Source: Candidatus Nealsonbacteria bacterium
GTDB lineage: Bacteria; Patescibacteriota; Minisyncoccia; Minisyncoccales; JAGMDC01
DNA: 64,000 bases
Assembly (NCBI GenBank): GCA_030612885.1
Contig: JAUWMZ010000001.1
Coordinates: 83,193 to 147,192, forward strand
Direction of reading: 5' to 3'
In this document: positions 29,561-39,126 of the stretch, piece by piece
How the letters are laid out: each line of letters opens with the position of its first letter
How positions within the stretch are numbered: position 1 is the first letter of the stretch
The notes under the pieces: model-generated
Told to the model about the DNA's origin: nothing
Database searches by the model: none
What the model saw: the letters and a program-made list of their open reading frames with translations, nothing else
Made by a program: the position numbers and the translations under genes

Positions 29561-29938
29561 TTAACGGATGTTTATAATCCGTTTATATTTAATACTGTCT
29601 TTTGTAATAATAATCAAAATTCCTAATTTTAGTCCGCTTGCTTTTAAATAGCTTAAAATTTGTTTTATATCTTGGGTACGAAAAGAATTTGCCACTTTCA
29701 GTTCTAAAACTATTTTATTTTCTACTATAAAATCAAGAAAACACTTTCCTATACTTTCATTTTCATATTGTAATTTTATTTCTTTTTCTTTAATATGTTT
29801 TATTTTTGCTTTGTTAAACTCTAAAGATATCGCTCTTTGATAATATCTTTCTTGATATCCATATCCTAATCTATTATATACTCTGAAAATTATCCCAATA
29901 ATTTTATAACTTAAATCTTTATGTATTAAATCTGTCAT
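29561..29938 (-). CDS. GxxExxY-family protein (PD-(D/E)xK-like)
   Basis: YKIIGIIFRVYNRLGYGYQERYYQRAISLEF; flanked by 19-bp direct repeats of ctaattcgtgagattatta at 29545-29563 and 29983-30001. Confidence 0.6.
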   Translation of the reverse strand: MTDLIHKDLSYKIIGIIFRVYNRLGYGYQERYYQRAISLEFNKAKIKHIKEKEIKLQYENESIGKCFLDFIVENKIVLELKVANSFRTQDIKQILSYLKASGLKLGILIIITKDSIKYKRIINIR

Positions 29939-30010
29939 TCAATAAAGATTATTCGTGATAATTAGTGATTGCTTCATTTTGTTCTAATTCGTGAGATTAT
30001 TAGTGGTGAG

Positions 30011-30427
30011 TTACTTTGTTTTGGTTTCGAGTTGAGTAGACACTTCCCTAAGTTTGCCGCCGGTAACAACAATAGCAGAAGCTTTTTCTTTTTCTTCTCC
30101 TAATTTTGATTTCTTTTCTTTTTTTAATTTTAAAAATTTTGGCGGAATGTCTTTTCTCTCCCAAATATATAATTTAGGGGAAGAAGAAAACATAAAAAAA
30201 TCTTTTAATAAAACCAAAATAGAGCGTCCTTGAATTTTTACAAAAATTAAAACTAAAGCGCCACCTATTAAGAAAACAGTAACAATAATCAGTTGAGCTT
30301 GAGGAAGAACAAAATAAAGAAGAAAAACAATACCTCCGGCTATGCCGATTATTAAAAACTGTTTGAAGGTAAACGGTCCTACAATTTTTGCCTCACGATC
30401 AATAAATTTTGGAACAGTAAACTGCAT
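30011..30427 (-). CDS. PrgI/VirB3-like small membrane protein
   Basis: Two TM helices and a charged tail; lies upstream of virB4 as in Gram-positive-type T4SS. Confidence 0.35.
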   Translation of the reverse strand: MQFTVPKFIDREAKIVGPFTFKQFLIIGIAGGIVFLLYFVLPQAQLIIVTVFLIGGALVLIFVKIQGRSILVLLKDFFMFSSSPKLYIWERKDIPPKFLKLKKEKKSKLGEEKEKASAIVVTGGKLREVSTQLETKTK

Positions 30428-30429
30428 AA

Positions 30430-30831
30430 TTATTCTACGAGTTCACGATAAACATCCTTTTTATTTATTTTTTCTTTTTCTTTAATGGAAGTTTCAGGGG
30501 TAGTTTTCATTGTATAAATTTCATTCAGTTCTTTTTTAACCGGGAAGAAAATCATTCTCTCAATTTGGAAACCAATTTTTTCCACTATATCTTTTTTAAA
30601 ATTCAGCTCTTTTTCCAAAGTATTTCTGAATTCTTCTGGAGGCAAAATCCCCAACAAGACATTGCCCGTTAAGCGGGCAACTTCAGGAATTTTTGTTTCT
30701 TCAATATTATTTCTTGAGCAGATACTATAAATATCATTAGCCGTTTTCTCAGCAAAAACTGCTTCCTTTAATTCTTCTGGAAGTTTTTCATATATTTTCC
30801 AAATTTGTTTTTTAGTGTATTCCTCTGGCAT
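30430..30831 (-). CDS. Hypothetical protein, first gene of the T4SS-like cluster
   Basis: Clean ORF with a 2-nt gap to the PrgI-like gene. Confidence 0.35.
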   Translation of the reverse strand: MPEEYTKKQIWKIYEKLPEELKEAVFAEKTANDIYSICSRNNIEETKIPEVARLTGNVLLGILPPEEFRNTLEKELNFKKDIVEKIGFQIERMIFFPVKKELNEIYTMKTTPETSIKEKEKINKKDVYRELVE

Positions 30832-30838
30832 AGAATTT

Positions 30839-30897
30839 TATCAACTTAATTTTATCACATTTTTCATTTTACCACACTTCTATTTTATCACAAATAA
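30839..30897 (+). promoter_or_regulatory. Four direct DnaA-box-like 9-mers
   Basis: TTATCAACT, TTATCACAT, TTACCACAC, TTATCACAA in series; each is 1-2 mismatches from TTATCCACA. Confidence 0.3.
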
Positions 30898-31042
30898 AAA
30901 ATAAAAAAAACAACAGGTGTCAACATCCAACACAAAACAAAAAATTATCTTTAAAATTATGTATTTGTCCTTTGCGAAAGATTGCTTATAATAAAATTAG
31001 CGAAAGCAAGACTATGCCCGTCCTCGTCCAAATTTTCTCTTT

Positions 31043-31420
31043 ATGCCTTATCGTCATCAACAATTCGTCAATAGAGAAATATATCACATTATCATCAGGG
31101 GAATCGATGATAATTTAATCTTTAGGAACGCAGACGATTATTATCGAGCTATTTTTTCTATCTATGAATTTAATAATGCTAACGCGGTAGAAATTTATAA
31201 AAGGCGCCGTGAAATTCAAACCATAAAAAAACATTTAAAGAACAAGCCGGGGGAGGCCGGGCCTCCCCCGAGCTTTTCGTTAGGATTTTGGACGCGTATA
31301 CGCAGAAGATTTGACAAATTTGGTATAGATGCTATAATTATGGCAGCACTCTACAATAGAATATATGATAAAGGCTATGCGATGAAAGTGCTGATAGAAA
31401 GTAAAAAAAATAGGAGGTGA
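31043..31420 (+). pseudogene. RAYT/IS200-like N-terminal fragment carrying an in-frame GC palindrome
   Basis: REIYHIIIRGIDDNLIFRNADDYYRAIFSI parallels the RAYT N-terminus GSFWHIFSRGVAKENIF; no HuH motif; the palindrome ccgggggaggccgggcctcccccg at 31247-31270 is translated as GEAGPPP. Confidence 0.4.
31247..31270. repeat. Perfect GC-rich palindrome inside an ORF
   Basis: ccgggggaggccgggcctcccccg. Confidence 0.8.
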
Positions 31421-31430
31421 AAAAGAAAAA

Positions 31431-32570
31431 ATGGGATGGAAAAAAAGAATCGCTTTAGGGCTTGTATTGATAATAGCTCTCTGGTTGCTATGGGGAACAG
31501 TAGAAATAGTAAAATGGTGGGTATTGGTCATTATAGGAATACCCATTACAGTAATAGCAGGTTTGTTGTTTGCCTATTTCTTTTTGGCTAAGCCCAGTCA
31601 GAACCGATGGTTTACTTTTGTAAAAGAAGGAACAGCAAAAATTGTTGTCCGAGGAGATAAATTCGAGAAAGCATTGATTCAGTGGGAAGGATATACTCTC
31701 AGCGAAGAAATTAAGAAAGACGGGAAAGGAAAGATAATTCAAGATAAGTGGGATATTATTAAAGGAGAAGAAAAAGGGCATCCTCTCGGTGGTTTCAGGT
31801 ATTACGGATTTTGGCCCTTCAAAGATATGTATGCCTATGATTTTGAATGGACAGGGGTAAAAGAAAACGGTGAAATTATCCATCATCCAAAAGAAACACT
31901 GGACTATATTCTCTTAAAAGACGATGTGTATTGGGCAAAAGTAGAACAAGCAGAGGATAAAGAATTATTGCCATTAGAAGTAGAGATAATTCTAACTATT
32001 AGAATTATCAATCCTTACAAGGCGTTATTCAATGTCCAGAACTGGTTAGAAATAGTGATAAACAGAATAAAACCTTGGGTTAGAGATGCTGTCACTCATG
32101 ATACCTACGAGAATCTAATCAAACAGCCTGATCGGATAGGAGAAGAGATGTACGGGAAGTTAAAGGACGCAGGATTATTGGAGAACGAATTTATTGCTCG
32201 TTATGGAGTGGATGTCAGAAAAATCGAAGTGAAAGAGATAAATCCGCCCAAGGAATACAGAGACGTAACTCTTAGAAAATATACAGCCGAACAAGAGAAA
32301 AAAAGAATTGTCATAGAAGCTGAGGCAGAGGCAGAAAGATTAAATACCGTCTATGGTAAGATTCAGCAATTCGAGGATTTAGGGAGATTAGTCCGAACAT
32401 TGGAAGCAGTGGAGAAAAGCCCCTTAGCCGCCAGTTTGACTGTTCAGGCAGTTCCAGGACTTCCAGAAGCTCTAAAAGGAATTTTTGGAAAATCAGCAGA
32501 TACAATAAGTCAGAAAGAATTCAGAGAACTGAAAGAGATGGTTGAGAAACTAGTGAAAGAAAAAAAATAA
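31431..32570 (+). CDS. SPFH/band-7 family membrane protein
   Basis: Two N-terminal TM helices; VKEGTAKIVVRGDKF beta-strand motif; C-terminal EAEAEAERL coiled coil. Confidence 0.45.
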   Translation: MGWKKRIALGLVLIIALWLLWGTVEIVKWWVLVIIGIPITVIAGLLFAYFFLAKPSQNRWFTFVKEGTAKIVVRGDKFEKALIQWEGYTLSEEIKKDGKGKIIQDKWDIIKGEEKGHPLGGFRYYGFWPFKDMYAYDFEWTGVKENGEIIHHPKETLDYILLKDDVYWAKVEQAEDKELLPLEVEIILTIRIINPYKALFNVQNWLEIVINRIKPWVRDAVTHDTYENLIKQPDRIGEEMYGKLKDAGLLENEFIARYGVDVRKIEVKEINPPKEYRDVTLRKYTAEQEKKRIVIEAEAEAERLNTVYGKIQQFEDLGRLVRTLEAVEKSPLAASLTVQAVPGLPEALKGIFGKSADTISQKEFRELKEMVEKLVKEKK

Positions 32571-32623
32571 ACAAATTCATTGGGGGAGTTATAATTTTTA
32601 GCTTCCCGTTTTTTTTATTCTTG

Positions 32624-34774
32624 TTAGAATTTTCTTCCTCCTACTTTTGGCTCTTTTGGTTTTTTTACTCCTGCTCTTCCTCCTATTTCTTTTTTTTCTT
32701 TCTTTGGTTTGATTTCTCTTTCTTCTAAAAACAATTCTTTTCTATCTTTTTCTAAAATATCTTCTCTATTTACTTCTCGTAGAAGTGTTTGTGTTCTATA
32801 ATTTTTTGCTTCTGCTCGGGCAGGCGCACTTTCTTCAGCTTTTATTCTATTTCCGATTGATGAAAATCCAAGAGATTGAGCCCCTGAGCTGTTGAGATAA
32901 TTAGGAACATTGGGATTGAAACTCTCCGGCTTAAGATAGTGATCTCTTCCATGCTCTTCAGCAAATGCCTGAAATTCATCAATAAATTCTCTTCCAAAAT
33001 TTTTGCCCGCTGCTGAGATTTGGCTTCCTGCCCAGAATTTATGCATTGCCATTTGTGCATCTTTATCATGGATAGTAGATTTATCCATAAGCTCTATGTC
33101 TTTGGCACTTAACCCAGCTATTATTGCTTCAGTTGGTGTTTTAAATCCTGCGGTCGTTATGGCTTCTTTATCAAGCATTAAACCCGCTCTTTCTTTAACA
33201 TTTTCATCAAATCCCTCTCCTATTTTTTTAGCTAAATATGGGTAGGCATCACGAATTTTGGAAAATTCCTTGGGATCAATCTTTAATGCTTGTTTTCCAA
33301 TTTTTATTACCAGTGATTCTAATTCTTCCTTTTCTAAACCTAATTTTTTCATTTCTCTAATTTGTCCTTTTTCTATAGCAGTCTGTAATGTTCCGATGCG
33401 GTTTGCTTTGCTAGCTAAAGGATCTCTTATAACATTAAGATTGGTTGAAGCAATTCTTCCTGAAGCTTTTTCTCGTGCCCCAGATATATCTTTTTTCTCT
33501 GACTCAGTAACAGTGGCAACAGCGCCTGCTCCTTTTCTTATTGCCCATCCAGGTACCGCGTATGCTCTCTTACCCCATTTGCTTTTAGGACTATATGCTG
33601 ATAATCTTTCTGCTCCTCTTAAAACCTTTGCCGGAACTCTTTCTTTTGCAAAAGTTCCTGCTTTTCTTCCTGCCCATCTTCCTGCTTGTGTGCCTCCGGT
33701 TTTCGCGAAGCCAATAATCTTATCTGCGCCCATTGCTCCGGTTTGTAATGAGGCAAAGAAGCCGACAATAAGAAAAAGAAGTGGTACGGTATATTGGAAC
33801 AACACAGCAAATCCGCTAAGTCCCCCAGTAGGGTCACTGGTAAGGTTTCCTTTACTCATTTCTCCTATCAGCATATTTGATAAATAGATAAAGAAAGCAG
33901 CGGGAATTCCAATAATGCACCATTGAAAGAATTGTTTCCACCACATATCCCAAACGCCTTTTAACGCCGGTAAGATATAACAGAAAAATGCCAAGGGAGA
34001 CAAAATAATTAAAATCCAAAGAGCAACATACCTTACTGCAAATAAAAGAGCAAAAAGGAGAAAGATGATTGTTGCAACCAGATTAAAAACCACCAATACT
34101 ATGCCTGCTCCGAGTCTTTCTCCTGGATCAAGATTTTCGTTAAACAAAGAACCGATTTGATAAGTCATTGTTTCAATAAAACTTCTGTCTAATGTCCCGG
34201 CTGTTAAAAAGTGATTCATTGCTACATTGGAAATATCAATAAAAAAACCGCAGATTACCGGGGTGAAATTGATTAAAAGGGCAATGCCGATTAAAAGAGG
34301 CAAAAGTTTTTGCGCCTGATATTCTTTTATCCGTAATATAGTAGCCAGGGCGACAATCACAAATCCGAGAACAATAAACATATTAGTAAAATCTCGGACT
34401 ATTCCCCAACCTTCCTGTACGATAAGATTGTCAGGACCAGTGAAAGATATGTTTATAAAACCAGTACTGGTTACCCAGTTTAATAGGGCATAGGAGAGAA
34501 CTAAAAAAGGTGTGGTGGCGGTCAACAAAGCTGATATTATAAGAGATAAACCGCCGCTAAAGAAGTCCGTTGCTATGCCGGTTAAGCCATGCTGTTCAGG
34601 TGAGCCGAGAGGGTTAGTAAAAATTTGAAAAAAATTATCTATGTAGGTAGACCAAAAACCAGCTTGAGCTGGAACAGTGGGCAAGAACAATCCTAAACCA
34701 AAAATAATAAGAAATAACAAGACAATTGTTTTTTTAGAAAAAAAATGAGAGAATTTTTTAAGTTTTTGAAACAT
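32624..34774 (-). CDS. Large polytopic membrane protein with a charged K/E/G-rich tail, possibly VirB6/TrbL-like
   Basis: Signal segment plus at least six hydrophobic helices; proximity to the T4SS-like genes. Confidence 0.3.
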   Translation of the reverse strand: MFQKLKKFSHFFSKKTIVLLFLIIFGLGLFLPTVPAQAGFWSTYIDNFFQIFTNPLGSPEQHGLTGIATDFFSGGLSLIISALLTATTPFLVLSYALLNWVTSTGFINISFTGPDNLIVQEGWGIVRDFTNMFIVLGFVIVALATILRIKEYQAQKLLPLLIGIALLINFTPVICGFFIDISNVAMNHFLTAGTLDRSFIETMTYQIGSLFNENLDPGERLGAGIVLVVFNLVATIIFLLFALLFAVRYVALWILIILSPLAFFCYILPALKGVWDMWWKQFFQWCIIGIPAAFFIYLSNMLIGEMSKGNLTSDPTGGLSGFAVLFQYTVPLLFLIVGFFASLQTGAMGADKIIGFAKTGGTQAGRWAGRKAGTFAKERVPAKVLRGAERLSAYSPKSKWGKRAYAVPGWAIRKGAGAVATVTESEKKDISGAREKASGRIASTNLNVIRDPLASKANRIGTLQTAIEKGQIREMKKLGLEKEELESLVIKIGKQALKIDPKEFSKIRDAYPYLAKKIGEGFDENVKERAGLMLDKEAITTAGFKTPTEAIIAGLSAKDIELMDKSTIHDKDAQMAMHKFWAGSQISAAGKNFGREFIDEFQAFAEEHGRDHYLKPESFNPNVPNYLNSSGAQSLGFSSIGNRIKAEESAPARAEAKNYRTQTLLREVNREDILEKDRKELFLEEREIKPKKEKKEIGGRAGVKKPKEPKVGGRKF

Positions 34775-35048
34775 TAAGTTATTGTAAGAACCTGCCTCGT
34801 TAATACTCGGCAGAACCTTGTAATTGTTTCATTTGGTTGGAATACAAAAATAAGAACCTTTCGTCGCTTCGCTCCTCAAGAACCTTGATTCGTTAAGGTA
34901 TAATTATATAATCTTGAATTAAATTTTTGCATTCCTCTCTTCCTTACAATTATAGCATAAAAATAAAGTATATGGATAGGGATAGAGTTGTGGATAAAAA
35001 AAACAGAGAGGTGAAAAATCCTCTCCTAATTTTTTTTTGCATATTTTT

Positions 35049-35363
35049 CTATGCTTTTTTCTTCAGTAATGCCTTTATTTGCAGTATGTCCAGTTTTATT
35101 AGTATTAACAGGATGGCAATTGCTGTTATTGCTGCTCCAAGTATCATTGCTATTCCGTAATTCGGCGTTAAGGGATCTTTATAACCGGCCGGAGGTCCGC
35201 TGGGGATTCCTAAACTTTTTGTGAATTCATCTAACTCATCTTCGTCCATTTCGGTCCAGTCCTTTGCTGTAACTGAAGTAGTCATCGAAATTAATATCGC
35301 TATCATTAACGTAGCCAATATAGTCAAGCCAACTATTTTTTTCATTCTTCTCATTTCTATCAC
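35049..35363 (-). CDS. Small membrane protein
   Basis: N- and C-terminal hydrophobic helices. Confidence 0.35.
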   Translation of the reverse strand: MIEMRRMKKIVGLTILATLMIAILISMTTSVTAKDWTEMDEDELDEFTKSLGIPSGPPAGYKDPLTPNYGIAMILGAAITAIAILLILIKLDILQIKALLKKKA

Positions 35364-35541
35364 CTCCTTTTTCTTTACATATTTCTTTCAAATTCATTTC
35401 CGGTCATTCATTACATTATTTATTTTTAAATGACCATCACTCATAACCTCTAATTTTAGAATAGCGATTTCAAGAGGCCTTGTCAACCCCCATACTAAAA
35501 CAAACAGCGAATATCGTCTAGTAAAGGTCTAAAGCTCAATG

Positions 35542-36456
35542 TTAGTCCCCTTTAAAGGTTTTTGTCAAATTGAGCCAGTCCTGGATGGTCAGGGTTTCAG
35601 CTCGCTGAGATGGTTGAATATTATTTTGAATCAGCCATTTTTTAATTTTTTCCTTGTCTAATTTCAGTTCTTTGACAAACTCAGGACAAGCTCCTGAAAA
35701 ATTATTCAAAATCTGTTTTCTGGGATGAGAAAATCCAGCCTTTACAATCTTGAAGAACAAATCAACGAGTCCGGGTCTCGTTGTTAGTTTTTGAGGTTGA
35801 GGAGTTATTTTTATAATTGCGGAGTCAACCTTTGGTTCTGGCCAAAATGATTTTTTAGAAATGTAGTCAATAATCTTTGCTTGAGCGTAAAATTGAACCG
35901 AAACAGCTAAAATACTCATTTTTGGTGGCTTAGCGCCCGCCTCGCCCGCCGAGCGGGCTCGGCGAGGCGGGCAAATTCTTTGAGCCATTTCTTTCTGAAC
36001 TATGAGAATCATCTGGCAAGGTCTCATCTGGCGATGTTTGACATCGCCAGCTTCATCAACAGCCTCAAGAAATTTTCTGATGACTGGCGCAGTTAAATAA
36101 AAAGGCAAATTACTAAGTATCTTGTATCTTATATCTCGTATTTTGTATTTCAAAATGTCTTCTTGGACGATTTCAATATTTTGAAAATCCTTTAAGGTTT
36201 CTTTTAGAATCTCGCACATTTTTATGTCTTTTTCGCAAGCAATAACTCTTTTTGCTTTTCTTGCTATTTCTTGAGTTAAAGTGCCAATGCCTGGTCCGAT
36301 TTCCAAAATAGTATCAAAAGGTTTTAAATCAGCTGATTTGATAACTTTTCTAACTACTGATTTGTCAATCAAAAAATTCTGGCCAAATTTTTTTGATGGT
36401 CTAATATTATACTTTTTTAAGATTTCTTTGATTGTTTTTTTTGATGCCAGATTCAT
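35542..36456 (-). CDS. rsmA: 16S rRNA (adenine1518/1519-N6) dimethyltransferase RsmA/KsgA with an in-frame GC-rich palindromic insertion
   Basis: FGQNFLIDKSVVRKVI...ILEIGPGIGTLT SAM motif; the insertion encodes PRRARSAGEAGA between QRICPP and KPPKMSILAVSVQ. Confidence 0.85.
   Translation of the reverse strand: MNLASKKTIKEILKKYNIRPSKKFGQNFLIDKSVVRKVIKSADLKPFDTILEIGPGIGTLTQEIARKAKRVIACEKDIKMCEILKETLKDFQNIEIVQEDILKYKIRDIRYKILSNLPFYLTAPVIRKFLEAVDEAGDVKHRQMRPCQMILIVQKEMAQRICPPRRARSAGEAGAKPPKMSILAVSVQFYAQAKIIDYISKKSFWPEPKVDSAIIKITPQPQKLTTRPGLVDLFFKIVKAGFSHPRKQILNNFSGACPEFVKELKLDKEKIKKWLIQNNIQPSQRAETLTIQDWLNLTKTFKGD
35934..35972. repeat. GC-rich imperfect palindrome inside ksgA
   Basis: gcccgcctcgcc...ggcgaggcgggc arms in an otherwise AT-rich gene. 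Confidence 0.8.
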
Positions 36457-36516
36457 AAGCTGTGGAAAACTAGTATTGACTTAATGTCTTGCTTTGATAC
36501 CATAAGAAAATAACAT

Positions 36517-37524
36517 ATGAATAATAGTTTTTTTAAGTTAATCGGCTTAATGTTATCGCTGATTATTTTATTTGGAGCAGTTTTTCTTTATTTTGGAAAT
36601 GATGTTAATAATTCTGTTTCCTTAATTAGTGATAAGGTTTCTAATGAGGGATTTTTTGTTGATTCAAGAAAAACTCCAAGATTAGAATCGCCGAATTTAT
36701 ATCTGATTGAAAAGAATAGCTTAATGGCTAGTTGTCCTGTGATGACGGTTGATCCTCAGGTTTTAGGCAGTTTTTTGGCTGGAGAATCTGATTCAGAAAA
36801 CAGAAAAGATATTATTGAATATGTTGTAGAATCAGGCGATGCTCTCTCTTCTATTGCCGAGAAGTTTAATATATCCTTAAATACGGTTCTTTGGGTTAAT
36901 GATTTAGATAAAAATTCTAAAATTAAGCCGGGCCAAAAACTGATTATTCTGCCGGTTTCCGGTGTTTTACATCTTGTAAAATCAGGTGATACTTTAAGCG
37001 AAATCGCTGAAACTTATAAAGCAAAAACAGGCGAAATAGCTGACCTTAACAGGCTTTCTGAAGACAGAGAAATTTTTGTTGGCGACCTTTTAATCATTCG
37101 TGATGGCAAGATGCCTTCTAAGAAGACATATTATGCTAATATTCCTTTGACTGATTCTTATTTTATCTTGCCTACCCAGGGCTGGGTGACCCAGGGTCTT
37201 CATTGGTATAACGCTATAGATGTGGCTAATAAATGCGGGACTCCTATTTTAGCGGCTGCTGGAGGAACCGTCCAGAGGATTGGCTATAATAACTGGCCAG
37301 CCGGCAATTATGTGAGAATTTTACATCCTAATGGCGTAGTAACTCTTTATGGCCATTTATCAAAAATTTTAGTCAAGCAAAACGAAAAAGTATCTCAAGG
37401 CAAGGTTATTGGATATATGGGAAGAACTGGATTAGCCACTGGCTGTCATTTGCATTTTGACGTCAGAGGAGCGAAAAACCCTTTAGCCAAGTATCTGCTT
37501 GGTTCTGAAATTAGCTGGAAGTAA
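36517..37524 (+). CDS. LysM-domain M23 family metallopeptidase
   Basis: Two LysM motifs (GDALSSIAEKFNISLNTVLWVN, GDTLSEIAETYKAKTGEIADLN); M23 core HxxxD...GRTGLATGCHLHFD. Confidence 0.8.
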   Translation: MNNSFFKLIGLMLSLIILFGAVFLYFGNDVNNSVSLISDKVSNEGFFVDSRKTPRLESPNLYLIEKNSLMASCPVMTVDPQVLGSFLAGESDSENRKDIIEYVVESGDALSSIAEKFNISLNTVLWVNDLDKNSKIKPGQKLIILPVSGVLHLVKSGDTLSEIAETYKAKTGEIADLNRLSEDREIFVGDLLIIRDGKMPSKKTYYANIPLTDSYFILPTQGWVTQGLHWYNAIDVANKCGTPILAAAGGTVQRIGYNNWPAGNYVRILHPNGVVTLYGHLSKILVKQNEKVSQGKVIGYMGRTGLATGCHLHFDVRGAKNPLAKYLLGSEISWK

Positions 37525-37599
37525 CTAATCACTAATCATTGATCATTAATCACTAATAACTGATTATTAATCATTAATAATTGATAGCTGAACTTTGGT

Positions 37600-39126
37600 T
37601 CAGTTTTCTTTTATTCTATACATCAGAGCTTCGGAAAGATGGTCAAAAGAGATACTTTCTGACTGGTCTAAATCAGCAATAGTTCGGCTGACTTTGAGAG
37701 TGCGATGAAATCCGCGGGCAGAAAGTTTGCCGGAATCAACATATTTTTTCAATAATGCCTGGGATTTCAAGTCAATTTGGCAGAATTTCTTAATTTCAGG
37801 AATTGACATTTCAGAATTAGTCAAACTCAACGAGAACCGTTCTCGCCCGCTCAAATTTTGCTTTGCAAAACTTAGGCGGGCTCGTTGAATTTGACGGGCT
37901 TTGATCACTTTTTCTCTTATTTCAGAACTGGAATTTTTTTCATCTTCAGCCACTAGCCTCTCATATTTCAGTTGAGGAACTTCAATAAAAAGGTCAATTC
38001 TGTCCATTAAAGGTCCGGATAGTTTTCTTCTATATTTACTAATTTGAGAAGGGGTACAGGTACATTGTCTTTCCGGGTCTCCATAATAACCGCAGGGGCA
38101 AGGGTTAGAAGCAGCAACTAAGGTAAAGCGGGCTGGCAAGGTTAAGCGGTTTTTCGCCCGGAGAATGGTAATTTCCCCTTCTTCAATCGGCTGGCGTAAA
38201 GATTCTAAAACATCTCTGTGAAATTCTGGAAATTCATCTAAAAATAAAATGCCTCTGTGAGCTAAAGTGATTTCTCCGGGTCTGGGAGGATTGCCTCCGC
38301 CAATCAGGGCTGGTTCAGATGAAGCATGATGAGGCGAGCGAAAAGGCCTTAATTTAATTAAAGCCGTTCCCAAAGGCAGAAGTCCGCTGATGCTGTAAAT
38401 TTTAGTGACTTCCAGGGATTCTTCAAAAGAAAGAGGGGGCAGGATAGAAGGAATGGCTTTGGCTAAAAGTGTTTTTCCAGCGCCAGGCGGTCCCAACATC
38501 AAAAGATGATGGCTGCCAGCAGCAGCAATTTCCAATGCCCTTTTAGCGTATCCCTGCCCTTTAATCCAGGCAAGGTCAACAGAATAGTTCTGTTCCTCCA
38601 AAAATTTTTCCTTGTCTGTTTGAAAAGAAGAAATCATTTTCTTTCCTTCCAAGTAATCAATGACTTCTTTTAAGGTTTCTACTCCGATTATTTTTATTGC
38701 TTCTGGCTTGGCATCAGAGGCATCATCTTCTTTAATTAAGTTTATTAAACCTGCCTCTGAAGCATTAGCTTTTGGCAGGATTATTTCTTTTAATCCGTTT
38801 TTCTTAGCTGCCAATACCAAGGAAAGAGTTCCTTTTATTGGTCTTAGCTTCCCGTCTAAAGCTAATTCTCCAACAAAAATTTTATTCCGAGCATCAAATC
38901 TTACTTGCTCAGAGGCAGATAAAAAAGCTAAAGCAATAGGCAGGTCGTATAAAGAACCTTCTTTTTTTAAATCAGCCGGAGCTAAATTTACTAAAACCCG
39001 AATGGGCTGGCTAAAAGGAGATTTAAATTTAGAACTGTTTATTGCTGAACCAACTCTTTCTTTTGACTCTTCAACCGCTTTGTCAGGCAGGCCGACGATA
39101 TTAAGGGAGGCGATAATACCCCATCT
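37600..39126 (-). CDS. comM: ComM/YifB Mg-chelatase-like AAA+ ATPase, 3' portion separated from its start by an inserted element
   Basis: Walker A GPPGAGKTLLA; my own translation upstream of the track start continues as IIASLNIVGLPDKAVEESKERVGSAINS...VNLAPADLKKEGSLYDLPIALAFLSASEQ, the ComM N-domain; the frame hits a stop at 39127 with about 25 N-terminal residues missing; a nested palindromic insertion lies at 37820-37895. Confidence 0.85.
   Translation of the reverse strand, partial: RWGIIASLNIVGLPDKAVEESKERVGSAINSSKFKSPFSQPIRVLVNLAPADLKKEGSLYDLPIALAFLSASEQVRFDARNKIFVGELALDGKLRPIKGTLSLVLAAKKNGLKEIILPKANASEAGLINLIKEDDASDAKPEAIKIIGVETLKEVIDYLEGKKMISSFQTDKEKFLEEQNYSVDLAWIKGQGYAKRALEIAAAGSHHLLMLGPPGAGKTLLAKAIPSILPPLSFEESLEVTKIYSISGLLPLGTALIKLRPFRSPHHASSEPALIGGGNPPRPGEITLAHRGILFLDEFPEFHRDVLESLRQPIEEGEITILRAKNRLTLPARFTLVAASNPCPCGYYGDPERQCTCTPSQISKYRRKLSGPLMDRIDLFIEVPQLKYERLVAEDEKNSSSEIREKVIKARQIQRARLSFAKQNLSGRERFSLSLTNSEMSIPEIKKFCQIDLKSQALLKKYVDSGKLSARGFHRTLKVSRTIADLDQSESISFDHLSEALMYRIKEN
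37820..37895. repeat. Nested palindromic element in frame within comM
   Basis: gtcaaactcaacgag ... ctcgttgaatttgac outer arms; inner cgagaaccgttctcg and gcccgc/gcgggc pairs. Confidence 0.65.
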
